A stretch of 64,000 nt of DNA. Source: Eledone cirrhosa. Its lineage: Eukaryota. Below are positions 11,401-26,400 of the stretch, piece after piece. The position numbers and the translations under genes are program-made. Each line of letters starts with the position of its first letter. Position 1 is the stretch's first letter. The stretch covers positions 26,164,001-26,228,000 of the forward strand of contig OZ024741.1 in assembly GCA_964016885.1 (NCBI GenBank), written 5' to 3'. The notes under the pieces are model-generated. The model searched no databases. It was not told the DNA's origin and was given only the letters and a program-made list of their open reading frames with translations.

Positions 11401-14400
11401 GCTGAATGTGTGTATTTGTGTACAAAAGCCAGACCACCAAAGAATGGTGGTCTGGCTTTTGGGAGTGGCTGATATGTATGTGTTTGTATGTATGTGATTG
11501 CGTGTATGTGAGTGTGTTGCTGTTTTGAATTCCTTTCTGCAATTGAACTTAAATTGACCCCTGGCGATTAAAGACCTAACCACACACACACACACACACA
11601 TTTGTTCTAGGTTTTGTACCCATTTGATGTAAGATGAACTTATAGCGAGGATACTGGGTTGTATGAATGTAACAAGGAATACATTGTTTGTGTGTATAAT
11701 ATTTAATTAATGATGGTATATAGTATAGTTGACATGTCAAAGATGAGGATGATAGAATGAAGCAAAGTTAGTAGTTACCGTTTTGATCGGCTGGCAGAGG
11801 ACGCCTGGCTAAGGCCAGGCGCCTGTTGGCCAAATGAATGGCAGAGCCAAATGAGAGGCTCTTGGCCTGGTGCCGAAAAGGCAGTGAGAGAAAGAGAGCT
11901 TAAAGTTGTTAGTTTTATAGGGCTCTGACCGGAAGTTACAGAAAGGGCCCCACTTCCCGTCCAGACGTTAATCCAAACAAGGGAGACAACCGCTACAAAC
12001 TCAGTATCTTATTTGAAATTTAATTTGACAAAAAATTTGCGCCCAAAGGGGTCACTGGTTAAAAAAGGTTGGGAAACCCTGGTCTAAACTAACAGATGAA
12101 TATAAACTGGAAGAGGGTTGCCACCACGGTGGTCAAGTAGAGAATTAGCAGTTATTAGAACATAGAATAAAATGTCTTGTAGTATTTATTCTGGCTGTCT
12201 GCAGTCTGGGTTCAAATCTCACCAACTTTGTATATATACTAACTGTGTGTGTATACAGCTATGTATGTATACCAACCATGTATGTATATAGCTATGTATG
12301 TATACAACTATGCCTGTATGTATAAAACTATGTGTGTGTGCATGTATGTATACAGCTATGCATGTATACCAACCATGTATGTATACAGCTATGTATGTAT
12401 ACAACTATGCCTGTATGTATGTGTGCATGTATGTATACAGCTATGTAAGTATACCAACCATGTATGTATACAGCTATGTAAGTATACCAACCATGTATGT
12501 ATACAGCTATGTATGTATACCAACCATGTATGTATACAGCTATACAGGGTGCGGACGATATTTGTTAGCAAGATTACTGTCTAGGAAAAAATAACACAGT
12601 AGTTTTATTTTTTAAGATTTATTTATCAAACTTGGGTCAGTTTGTCTTCATGACTTGTTCTTTCGATCTCACTCGATAAACCGACCATTGGCTTTGATGA
12701 CAGCCTCAAGGCGGCCTCGGAACTGGCTACAGGCCTTCGTCACTGTCCCCCGACTTAGGCCCCTAAAGGCATTTGTGATCCTGGCCTTCAGATCGTCTTT
12801 CATATTGCAGCTAGATCTGTTGGTGTCTCGTTCCACTGCGCCCTACACAAAGAAGTCGAGGGGGTTGCAGTCAGGCGAGCTGGGAGGCCAGATGAAGTGT
12901 GGTCGACGAAGTTCTCTGACAGCCAGGCTTGGGTCTTTCGGCTGGTATGGCAGGGCGCTGAGTCTTGCTGCCACACATACGGCCTACCTGCAGCTACCTG
13001 GTCGATCCAGGGCTTTACTACCTCGCTCAGAACGTGGATGTAGCCATCGGTGTTCAGCTTGAGGCCCTCAGGGAAGAAGTGAGGTGGCATGATGTCACCT
13101 TGACTGCTGACAACACCTAAGACCAATGTTGTCGCTGGAAACTTTGTCTGCATGACTCTGGGCACATCTTTGGATGAGACACCATTCTCCTGCTGATGCT
13201 GAGAAAGTCTGAAATTTCCTTATTTGTCCTCCCGCCGCGGATTCCAAGAAGAACTCCGTGTCTCTTCCACAAATTTGGAGGTTCAAAATTATTCATAATC
13301 AATTATTCTGAAAATAGATAATGTAAATATAGTCACTGTTTTTATGAAGACAAGAGTGACAACAGAAGTAAAAAAAATTTGCATAAAATTAGCAGTTGAA
13401 AATTGCGAACAAATATCGTCCTCACCCTGTATATGCATTTATGGATGTATACAACTATGCCTGTATGTATGTAAGTGTGTATGTATAAAACTATGTGTGT
13501 GTACATGTATGTATATTAGAACAATAACTTCACCTAAGACCTTCTGTATCTCTCTTGCAGCTGACTTTGGTCTTGCAAAACACAATCAAGGGAAACATAG
13601 AGAGATGACATCTGTAGTTGGTACAATCCTTTATTCCTGGTAATACTACATTCTTTCTTTCTCTTCATATAGTGGACTGTAGCTCAGTGGTTAACTGACT
13701 GGGGCAGTGGCTTAGACTTCAACAGTTCGAGATTGTTGCTGTCATTACATCACATATCTAAAACAATACACCAATACCATATGTTGCCAACACCACATGT
13801 CACCAAGACCACATGTTGCCAACACCACATGTCATTAACACCATGCCACCAACTCCACATCACCAACACTACATGTTGCCAACACCACATGTCATCAACA
13901 CCACAAGTCACCAACACCACATGTCATCAACATTACATGTCGTGAATACCAAATATCATCAACATTACATGTCGTGAATACCACATGTCACCAACACCAC
14001 ATGTCATCAACACCATATTCTACTTCTTCCTTTTGAAAACGAGGTCCTCACCTCAAAATATCATGAAATATCAGATAAAAATTTCAAATGTTGTTTTTCT
14101 TATTTTCCTCTAGTTGTCACTCCTGTATTTCTACCTTACATCATACAGGCTTTCCTGAATCATAACTACATGTCTTATCATAACTACATGTCTTATAATA
14201 ACTACATGTCTTATAATAACTACATGTTTTATAATAACTACATGTCTTATAATGCTACATGTCTTATAATAACTACATGTCTTATAATGCTTCATATAAA
14301 CTAGAATAATTCAAAAAAATTTATTTTTTGTTCTTACAGTCCTGAAGTTATTAAAAATGACCCATATGGTGAGAAGACGGACATCTGGGCTCTTGGATGT

Positions 14401-17400
14401 ATTGTCTATGAAATGTGCACATTACAACCACCATTTTTCTCCACAAATATGTTGACCCTTGCCAAAAAGGTCAGTTGATATGTTAAGGACTTCATCATTT
14501 TCATTGTTGTTGTTGTTGTTGCTGAAGGGCCCTTCAGCCGTTTTGGTGATCTACATGATAAATGCACCCAGTAAACATACATGCTATAAAGTGGTTGGTG
14601 ATAAGAAGGGCATCTAGCCATAGAAAGCTTGCCCAAAAAAGGGTTGGGAGGATACTTCACTCATGTCAAGGACTTGACAGCCTCCCTAGTGCTGGTGATC
14701 TACATGATAAACACACTCAGTATATGCTATAAATTGATTAGTGATAGGAAGGGCATTGCCAAACAAAGGGTTGGGAAGACCCTCAGTTGTATCAAAGACA
14801 TGACAACCTCTCCTGTGCACTCAGTAGAACATGAGACCGTACATAAACGAGATGCAAATCCCTGGCCTGTCTGAGAGATCAGTAGCCCTGCTTCACTACT
14901 GACTTGGTCTATGTAGACCCAGCCATCCCTTGCTTGTAGGGAAAGTGGATATTAAAACAATGATGATGATGTTATTGTTTAGAAGCCCAAGTCAGTCTTA
15001 ATAGGCCAGATATATGATCAAAGGTTCAAATATGACCATCCAATGTTTTTCACATGTGCAGAGAATATGTGATGTTAAACTGTGATGATGATGATGTCCT
15101 GTTTTAAAACCATAGACTGTGATTTGAAGGAGATTTGGCTGATATTTCTAGCAGATTGAGTAGCTACATAAAGACTCTCATTGGATGTTGCTTACATTTT
15201 TATAATATTGTCAGCCAGTCACGATTCCAATGGCCGACATCATATGTACATGACCAAATATTGGTTATGCAGGAGTGAGCTGTAGAAATAAATATGAGAC
15301 AGGGTTGGTATGTTTTGGGGGTTGTTGTTGATTTTAGTAGCTTGTCGTGAGTGTGGACTGTCATGCTATGTATCAACTGGTCATGGTAGCGTGGCAATGT
15401 ATTAGATTGGAAATCATTTTTTTTTTAAAGAGACCCATTTTCTAGTTGAATTCTATATTTCAGATTGTAGAAGCAGACTATAAACCTATTTCTGACAAAC
15501 TATACTCAGCACAGTTGTTACAGGTGATATCAAGGTAGGCAAGAATTCCTTGGAGATTTCATAGTCTTTATTATAGACATCACATTGTATGTGTGTGTGT
15601 GTATGTATATATGTATGTGTGTGTATGCATGTATGTATGTATGTGTGTGTGTGTGTGTGTGTATGTGTGTATGTATGTATGCATGTTTATATATATAGTA
15701 AAACACACTTCTCATTGCTCTCCTCCCCTTCTTCCTCACCATCATCACCATTCTAAGATAGGTGTAATATGAAGGAGATTTGACTGCTATTTCTTGCAGG
15801 TCAAGCAATTACATATAAGCCTCTTTAATGGCTTGCAATAGTGCTGTATTATGTAGCAGCCACCACCACCACCCACATAAATGCGTGTTGTGTTATGTAT
15901 GTATCTATTGTAATATTACTAACCAATACCACCATTACCCTCATAAATGTGTGTTATGTTAAGGTATGTATATATTTATTACTACTGTAATATAACCTAA
16001 CTATTAACACCAACATAAATGTGTGTTATGTTATATTATGTATATATTTATTACTACTGGCCGACCAGGCCCGAAACCCAGGTTAATTAGACTGTCGTTT
16101 TCAAACTCAACTGAGGCACGTTCATACCTTGTAGCCTCTGATAAAGCTAGGCGTGAAAGTCGGATTGCTTTCCAAACACGTCCTGGTCTTCCACCTGATG
16201 TCCACCCAAAGTTGCATGCTGCAGCTTCCCTAAACCGCAGCTCGGCAGAACATGAAAGCTTCAGCCTACGAGATGATGGGCAGGTATGGAAGTTTGTTAA
16301 GGCTGGCGAATCATGGAAAAGAGACACCAGCTGGTCTGAAAACACTGTACCCACAACAACTGACAATAAAGAAACTGAAAAAACTCTGGGAAACTAAATC
16401 AGAACAACCTGCCATCCCCTGCACATAATCATAGACTGGAATCAAAGTACAAATTGTTGTCCTTGAATGCACGTAGTCTATGCAATAAGATTCATCTTTT
16501 TGACTCCTACGTCAAAAGTATCAACCCGGACTTCATTACAGTCACGGAAACTTGGGCACATCCCTTACTCTGTGATGGGGTTTTCAGCATGACTGGCTAC
16601 AACCTGTTTCGTAAAGACGGTATTAATCGTCGTGGTGGTGGTGTAATGGTCTACGTTCGGTCAAATCTGTCGGCAATTCCTTGTGCTGATTTGAACCAAT
16701 CACAGCAGGAAGTTTTTTTCTGCGATATACATATGACCATGTCAACACTGCTACTTGGAGTCGTTTACCGTCCCCCAAATTACCATCAGGACACTCAACT
16801 TTGTGATATCCTCAGAGCTGCTGCCAGGAAGACTACCACTTATGTTTTCATTGCAGGTGACTTCAATCACCCTGAGATTGACTGAGAGACCTTTCGTTGG
16901 CCGCCAAGTGCAAATGACTTCCTTGAGCTGGTGCTGGACTCGAGTTGGTCCCAGGTGGTCACCTCCCCAACGAGAGGTGACAACACTTTGAACCACAACA
17001 TCTCCAAACTGCTCACTTTGACTGGAATAAAGCAGACTGGAACTGTTACTGCACCGAGTTGCAACGGCCAAACTGGCTTGAGTTCTACGACTCTGGAGAT
17101 GTCAACACTGTACTCCAGTACATCCTGAGCTCAATATGGACAGCATGTGCAGCATCGGTGCCACGTAAGCGGAATAAACATCCCACAAGCGCAATTTGGG
17201 AGACTGCAGCAGTCCGTCTTGCCAGAAAAGAACGGCGCAATGCTGAACGTGAGTACAAACTTCACAAATCAGACATTAATAGGAAGAGGCGGAATAGATC
17301 GTCCAACCACCTCAAACAGGTGACAAAAAAGGCAGTGCTTCAATTTGAGCAGTGCATAGCAACCAGCCCTGACAGTAAGGTGTTCTGGAAGTATGTTCAC

Positions 17401-20400
17401 TCAAAGCAGAGGCCTCACTCTCCAGTTGGTCCTCTTCGTAATCCCCACACAAGCCAGGTTACTGACGACCCCAAGGAATGCGCAGAGCTCATTGCTGAAT
17501 GCTATGCAGGCATTTTCACTATTGAAGACCAGAGTGTGCCATCTCCACCACCTATGACACCGGACTCTATTACAACCATGGAATTTACACCTGCAATGCT
17601 GCGACGTCACCTAAAAAATAAACGCAACCATGCCTCTCCTGGTCTTGATGGTGTTACGTACCTGCTTCTTAAACGTGGTGAGTACTTCCTTCTACACCAG
17701 TTATCACGCTTCTTCCAATTCTGTCTGAACAACAGTGCTACTCCAGAACAGTGGAAAACTGCCAGTGTCATTCCTCTGTTCAAAAAGGGTGACTGTACAT
17801 CACCTGTGAACTATCGTCCAGTCAGTCTTACTAGTTGCATCGCCAAACTGATGGAATCCTGTGTCAGAGAAACACTTTGGAACTTCTGGAGCTCTCACAG
17901 TCTTATCCGGTCCTCACAATTTGGATTTATCCCCAACTCCAGCTGCTGTGATCAACTTATAGAGTTTCTTGAGGACATCACCCGGATCACTGATGGCGGC
18001 TCATGGGTGGATGTTGTTTACCTTGACTTTGCGAAGGCCTTCAATTCTGTGCCACACAAAAGGCTTATGGCAAAACTCTCTGCAATGGGTGTGAAGGATG
18101 ATCTTTTTAACTGGTTGAAGTCCTTCATTCTCAGTCGAAGAGAGGTAGTCACGGTTCTGGGACAGCATTCCTCACCATATGAGATGTCATCTGGTGTACC
18201 ACAGGGATCTGTTCTTGGCCCCCTTTTGTTTGTGGCATATATTAATGACATAGATGCCAACTTAAAGAATGCCACAGTACTAAAGTACGCAGACGACATC
18301 AAGCTGTACCTTGAGATAAAAAGGACAGATCCTGAACACTATAGATCTTGCTTGCAGTCTGACCTGGACACAATGCAACAATGGATCTCAGACTGGCAAC
18401 TCAAGCTAGCTGTGCACAAGTGCACCACCATGCATTTTGGGAGTAAAAACTCAGCGTCCACATACTCCTGCCACAGCACTAATATCAAGAAGTCTTCCTG
18501 TGAACGTGACCTGGGCATTACGGTCAGCAGCGATTTGCGTTGGACGAGGCACGTCTCTAAAATTGTCAAGAGGGCCGAGGGTGTCTTAGCATCACTCAGC
18601 AAGACCTTTGTCAGCCACTCTCCAGCTATCTATTTAAGGCTGTACATGGCTATGGTGCAACCACACTTAGAATTTGCATCACCAGTCTGGAACCCGGACA
18701 TTGACCGCCTGGAAACTGTTCAGAGACGTGCAACCAAGCGAATACCCTCCATCAGGCATCTACCATACTCTGAGCGCCTTGCTTCCCTGGGCATGGATTC
18801 ATTGAAGCTCCGACGCCTGGCAACTGACTTGGTAAACACCCACAAAATTGTTAACCATGTTGCCAACAACAACCCTGAGTACCTTTTCGATTTCCATGTG
18901 TCTAACACACATGGGCATGCCCACAAAGTAAGAAAACAGCACAGTTCCCATGACTCTCGGAAACATCTTTTCACGCTCAGAGTTGCTGAAGCATGGAACA
19001 AACTACCTGCATCAGTTGTTAGCTGTCGAGACACTGCATCCTTTAAGGCCTCCATGCTTCCCGAGATCCGCCAACACTACAGCTAACACATACACACATC
19101 TACTTCCCTGATATTTGTGTATTATTCTATGTACTATATTGACGAGTTGTAGTGCACCTGAGCACTTTACACAATAATTTCATTAATTAATTTCATAACC
19201 TAACTATTAACACCAACATAAATGTGTGTTATGTTATATTATGTATATATTTATTACTACTGTAATATAACCTAACTATTAACACCAACATAATGAGTGT
19301 TGTGTTATATTATGTATATATTTATTACTACTGTAATATAACCCAACTATTAACACCAACATAAATGTGTGTTATGTTAAGGTATGTATATATTTATTAC
19401 TACTGTAATATAACCTAACTATTAACACCAACATAAATGTGTGTTGTGCTATTGACCAGTTGCCTCTCAGTAAAACCCAATAATCGACCTGATGTGTACC
19501 AACTGACAGCTCTTATATCAGACAAGATGTTGCTCCACATTGACTGCCTGCAGCTCCGTGAAAACAGTTTGAAGAAAAAACTGGAAAAGGAACGTTCTCG
19601 TACACAGAAGTAAGTAGTATAACATTTAACCCTTTAGCATTTAAACCAGCTATATCCAGCCAGAATTCTCTCACATCTTTCTGTTCAAACCGGCTGTAAC
19701 CGGCCACTCATACTGATGTTAAGGTATTGTTCTCAAAATAAATAATATTAAAATCTCATAGATTCAATATTATGTGAGATAATTATGTGAGGTAAAGCCT
19801 TTAACATGAAAATGTAATTGTAAATATAGAGTAATGTAAATGTTAAAGGGATAAACTCTTAAAGTTTACCTTCATATGATTTCTTAACTTCATTTTTAAG
19901 GGAGCTTTGGTTTCACAAAAGGGTTTTAACTGATATTTCAATCATTGTTCTTAGTTGTAGTGGACTCTGTTAAATGCATCTAAGAGTCAAACAGTATTAA
20001 ACTGAGTGACGGATTAAGTCTATCACCTAAGTATGCCATGATGGAGATTTGAACTCAGTAGATAGAGGAAACTATAGAGACATCAAGTTGATGGACCAGG
20101 TCAGGAAAGTAACAGAAAGAGTTATAGCACAGATGATTAGGGACTGGGTTAATCTAGATGAGATGCAGTTTGGATTTGTGCCTATCTCACAATAGGACAA
20201 CTCATCTAACCCATGCTAGCATGGAAAAATGGACGTTAAATGTGAGGATGAATGCAAAGAGTAGGAATAAATCCCAAACATTTTGTCATATGCTTCCATT
20301 TTTCTTTCTAGATATTTCTTTGAAGCTGTTAGCAATAAACAGAATTATCAAAAACTCTTTGTTGCCTCTCAAGAACATTTGAACCATTTTAATGACTCTG

Positions 20401-23400
20401 CTTCCAGTTCTAGGGAAAAGGTAACTATTTTTGACATTATTTAAATGATGTCAACTTTCCACAAATTCCAAATAATATGTACCCTGATATAATACAGCAC
20501 ACATTTATGTGGTGGTGGCTACATAATATTTATATATGTATTTATTAAAATTATTATTTATTATTATTACTATATATACTATTCTCAAAATATTCTTGTA
20601 GTACCAGGAGGTGTCTTATATGAAGGGGCATCCAATAGGCCAGTAAATATGGTTACATGCTGTAGACTAGGGTTAGAGCTCTGTATAAAACTCCAAGAAC
20701 TAGTAAAAGCATGTGAATCAAATCTCAAAACTTTGGTAGATTAAACTGAAATATGTGTATGAGTGACTGAATATTTTACTTCTGTGTGTGGAGTGAAGTG
20801 ACTAAATGTTTTACCTGTGTGTTTAAAGATAAAAGTCTGTCTCAAAACCATCAAGCTCGTCAGGCCGCTGCTTATCCCAGTTTTGTGGTGTGAAGCGACT
20901 GAGAGTACAAGAATCCCTCTGGACAGGACACCAGTCCATTGCAATATTAAACTCGCAGTTATTGCTGGTACTCATTTTCAGCTGAGTATACTGGAGCAAG
21001 ATGAAATGAAGTGTTTTGCCCAAGAACACAACACACAGCCTAGTCCAGGAGTCAAACCCGCAACATTATGTTTGTAAGTCAAACACCCTTACCACTAGGC
21101 CACGCACCTTTAACCTTTAAACTGGCTGTACCCAGCAAGAATTCCTTCACCTCTTTCTGTTCAAATTGATTTTAATTGGCCACTCATACTGATGTTAAGG
21201 TATAGTTCTCAAAATATATAATATCAAAATCTCAGAGATTTAATATTATATCAGATAATTATGTGAGGTGGTGTTTACCATGAAAATACAATAGTATATA
21301 TAGAGTAATGTAAATGGTAAAGGGTTAAAGGTAATATAAGAATAAACTTTGACCTGGCTCGAATTTCATGTTGATTTTTACCTCATTACAGGAAGGTGAG
21401 TACGATTACTCTGTGGAACTTGATTATAATGACAGTAAAAGTGAAGACAAGAAGGAAGAACCACTTCTATTTGATAATGTCACAGACACACAGACAGAAG
21501 ATCAAGGTGAGATCATTGTTGTTTGCTTTGTTATCATCATCATCATCATCATTATCATCATTACCATCATCAATGTTATCATCATGGTTATTGTTGTCAT
21601 CATCATCATCATTATCACCATCATCTCCATCATCATCACCATCATTATTCCACTCCACTATCTTTTTTCCAGATGTTTGGACAATCGAAGAAGAGTTGTA
21701 CTTGAGTTACCATGACAACAAGTCATCTCTAAAGAAAGAGACCAATGATGATATGAGCGAAGGTGGGGTGTCATCTTGCAATGGAATTGATAGTGTCAGC
21801 CTCACTTCTTCATCAACAGCATCTGAAGATATGGCTCAGACTCATGATTGTATCACAGTGGTGGAGGATAATAGTTTACAAGACAGACACTGGAATGACA
21901 ACAGCATTGGTAATAACACATCACACAATAACTTTGGTAATAACACATCACACAATAACTTTGGTAATAACACATCACACAATAACTTTGGTAATAACAC
22001 ATCACACAATAACTTTGGTAATAACACATCACACAATAACGTTGCTAATAACACACATCACACAACAGCTCTCATAATAACACACACACTACAACAGCAT
22101 TGATAATAACATACACACTACACAATGGCTTTGATAATAACATACACACTACAACAGCATTGGTAGTAACATACACACTGCAACAGCATTGGTAGTAACA
22201 TACACACTGCAACAGCTCTGGTAATAATACACAGCATACAACATTGGTAATAACTCACCACACAACAGCTTTGGTAATAACACACACCACACAACAGCAT
22301 TAGTAATAACACAGCAGTTCTGCTAATAACACAACAGCATTAGTAATAACACAGCAGTTCTGCTAATAACACAACCGCATTAGTAATAACACAGCAGTTC
22401 TGCTAATAACACAACAGCATTAGTAATAACACAGCAGTTCTGTTAATAACACAACAGCATTAGTAATAACACAGCAGTTCTGCTAATAACACAACAGCAT
22501 TAGTAATAACACAACAGCATTAGTAATAACACAACAGTTCTGCTAATAACACAACAGCATTAGTAATAACACAGCAGTTCTGCTAATAACACAACAGCAT
22601 TAGTAATAACACAGCAGTTCTGCTAATAACACAACCGCATTAGTAATAACACAGCAGTTCTGCTAATAACACAACAGCATTAGTAATAACACAACAGCAT
22701 TAGTAATAACACAGCAGTTCTGCTAATAACACAACCGCATTAGTAATAACACAACAGCATTAGTAATAACACAGCAGTTCTGCTAATAACACACAACAGC
22801 TGTGGTAATAACACACGACAGCTTTGTTCATTTTTTTTAAATAGATAAAATCTGTGCCACAAGAAGATGGATATTTAGACAGCCAATGCCTTTTATCATC
22901 CAATGATAGATAAACTCAATTTGATTTTGTTGTTTCCAGAGAAAACTAATGTAGAGGTTTGTGCAATCAATGTATGTCAGAAAAATTACATAAATATGGA
23001 GAAATATAGAAAACAGTTAATGTATATACTTATGTATAAGTCACACAGGTAGATAAGTCACATCTTCATTTTACATACAGCATTCTTGGTTGTTTATGTA
23101 TTTAGTTTAGACTAGGTACACCATATCCCTGTGTGTTGTAAGATGTAATATATATGTGTGTGTGTGTGTACATATATATATATATATTTTCACGCTCAGA
23201 GTTGCTGAAGCATGGAACAAATTACCTGCATCAGTTATTAGCTGGCGAGACACTGCATCCTTTAAAACCTCCATGCTTCCTGAGATTCGCAAACTCTACG
23301 CCTGATATTCCCCCTCCATACACATACACACATGTATATCATGACTCATACACTATTCACTTCCCTGACATTTGTGTATTGTTCTATGTGCTATACATGC

Positions 23401-26400
23401 ACCTTTGACGAGTTGTAGTGCACCTGAGCACTGTACACAATAATTTCGTTATTATTATTATTATACAACAACTTTGGTAATAACACACACCACACAACAG
23501 CTCTGATAATATAACACACAACAGTTCTGATAATATAACACACACCACACAGCAGCTCTGCTAATAACACACACCACAACAATAATATTTCTTTAATGAA
23601 ATCTTATATTTCAGACTCCAGCAGTTCAGGTTATCCTTCCCCAAATGGACCAATACCAAATTCCAGTTCTTCTGCAGAAAATGGACATTTTGGAATCTTG
23701 AAACTTGATGATTCCAAGCATAACCAGAATTATTCTCGTTCCTCTCCAAACAATCTTCGAGTACAGCGTTCTTGTAAGTTGAATGTTTCTGTACAGGTAA
23801 ATCATAGATTTTTCAGTACCCTAGGTTTCTCACCTGTACTAGATTAACCATTTTGTTGGACTAGATAATAATACATTATCACCATCATCATTAACATATT
23901 ATGAAGGTAGAAACACTCACTGTATTGCTCAACTATAATATTAATAATCCGTATTTCCTATTGTCGAAGAGGCTTCGCCCTCAAGGATGTACCCCAGTTT
24001 TGACAACCAAAACTTTGAAGAAAAAAAATAATAAACATAAAAATAAGTCTTGTTATTAATATTTGCTGGTAAATGGTAAACCATTTTAACATACCACAGT
24101 TTTACTTCTTTTGTCACTAGTGTTCCCTTAAAATTATTTGTTTGAAGAGAGTGAAAATACCAGCAATATTGATACACATGTAAAAATGTCACTCATCAGT
24201 TACCTCATCTACCAGACTCTGCCCATACAGGAATGAAATTTTGTGATTGTGTATATATTTTAAAATTTTAAACGATATCTTGTTTATTTACTACTTTAAC
24301 TAAGTTTAATTTATACACTTCATTGAGAGGTCAGATTACTGTCTAGCAGAGATAATTTTCCTCTATGCCTGTGAGAAATGCAACCTTTAGCCTCCAAGAC
24401 ACATGGTAGATTTTCAAGGCTTATTTTAGGGGAAAAAAGCGTCTTCCACACCTGGAAATACAGTAATTAATATTTATGTCAGAGTACAACATATATTTGA
24501 AGGTAGTAGTCATAGAAAACTTTTCAAACAAAGGGTAGAGAGGACTGTGTAGTTGTGCCAAAGACAACAACCTTACTAGTGCTGGTGCCATTCTGTAAAG
24601 TGCGAGATCAGTGGTTCTGATTGAGTATTGACTTGGTTTGTGTCAACCCATCCAACCATTACTAGCAGGGAAAATAGACATTGAGAAATGGTGACAATGA
24701 TGTCTGGTATGCTACTTATGGCAACCTTGTCCTCTTCTCTTCAGTGTAGCTGCCGTATAGAATGCTGTTCTTCATTAATGATTGTTGAGGGGCCAGTGAC
24801 ATCAAATCGGAGGAAACGTGACCCAAATCTCCCTCTTGGTCTCTGAGCCGTAATCAAATGTGAATGCTACGTATGACTTGTGCAAGTGAGTGTGTGAGTT
24901 TTGTTATGTTCTCTGGCCAAACACAAAGCAGGTGAACACCACGTAGGTAAATTCTGTCCGGATATGAGTGGAGACACAAAGATAATTCCCTTCACTTCTT
25001 ACGAGATTATTTTAAGGGATTTATGATTGATAATACTCTTTAATGTCAGTATTTCACATTGTAGATATTGTTGGAATGTTACCATATAATTCTTTAAGTT
25101 GCACTGTTAACATGTCAGCCATAAACAGTTTTGTGTTAGGGATGTATTCTGGGGGTATAGTGTTGTGTTAAGTATGTGTTCTGGAGGTATAGTTTTGTGT
25201 TAGAGATGTGTTCTAGAGGTACAGTTTTGTATATGAAGACACAACTAACTCCCTAACAGGAATTAACAAGTCTGGTAGGTCACATGTTATTCAAGTGTCT
25301 CCCTATTATTATACCTGGATAAAAAGAAGTGCCAGATCACTAGGTGTGAGGAAATTGGTGGGAGGATGAGGCAGTTAAGTAGGGATTGAAGCACGACCCT
25401 TGCTTATTATTTAATGGTAAATGTTGCAGCTAACAGTCACTCAGTTTCCACATCAACAGCAACTGTTACAATTTCTCCGTCTCGAGTTCGACAAATAAGT
25501 GATCCAATACTTCAAATGTTACACCCACTGCATAAGATTATCTACATCACACAGGTAAGTACAGGTGTGCATGTATTTATATTATGTACAAAATGATGAC
25601 TGTGTGGGAAAAGTGTGATGCTGAATGGTAGTGAGACATGGGCAGTGACTGCAGAGGACATGCATAGACTGGAGAGAAATGAATCAACCATGCTTCATTA
25701 GATGTGCAATGTAAGTGTGAGAGAAAGTGGCAATGAAAGGCAGAGCTTGGACGAACTGAGGGAGAAGCTGGGTTTAAGAGGAATCCAAGGTAGTGTGTAG
25801 GAGAGAAGACTGCGTTGGTATGGACATGTAATATGTATGGACAATGATCGTTGGGTGAAGAAGTGCCAGGAAATGCCAGTGGAAGGGACGGCTAAGAAAG
25901 TCCTGGGCAGAGGTTGTGAGAACTGACCTCAAATCTCTGAGACTCACTGAGGAGATGACGAAGGAGATGACGACAAGTGGAAAGATGTTGCACGGAAAAG
26001 GACCCATCCAACCCATGCAAGCATAAAAAAACGATGTTGATGATATGTGTGAATGTTGGTCTGTAGAATATGACAACATGTAGCACTTGTGTATGTGTAT
26101 ATATATCATCATTTAAAGTCTATTTTTCCATGCTTACATGGATTAGATGGGTTGTTCATGTTATGATACAAGTCTGGTCAGTTGGCCACACCATACCTTG
26201 CTCAAATGGAACTGTATTTTGGCTGGGATTTTTATAGCTGGATGCCTTTCCTAGCAGCAATACCACACTGTAAAGTGGACGTGTAGGTGCCATGGAAAAA
26301 AAGCACCCAGCACTCACTGTAAATGAGGTTGGTGTAGAAATCAAGCCAAAATCAGTTCCCGTATGAGCAAGACAAGGTCAGCCGACCTAACATTTCCCAC

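Noticed and set aside
21396-21672. Poly-Ser, poly-His and poly-Ile ORFs upstream of exon 21673
   Set aside because: Intronic (ATC)n repeat between well-defined splice sites
23947-24464. pogo/Tigger-like MITE (ccgtatttcc ... ggaaatacag)
   Set aside because: Only about 10 bp of imperfect TIR and no second copy in the window
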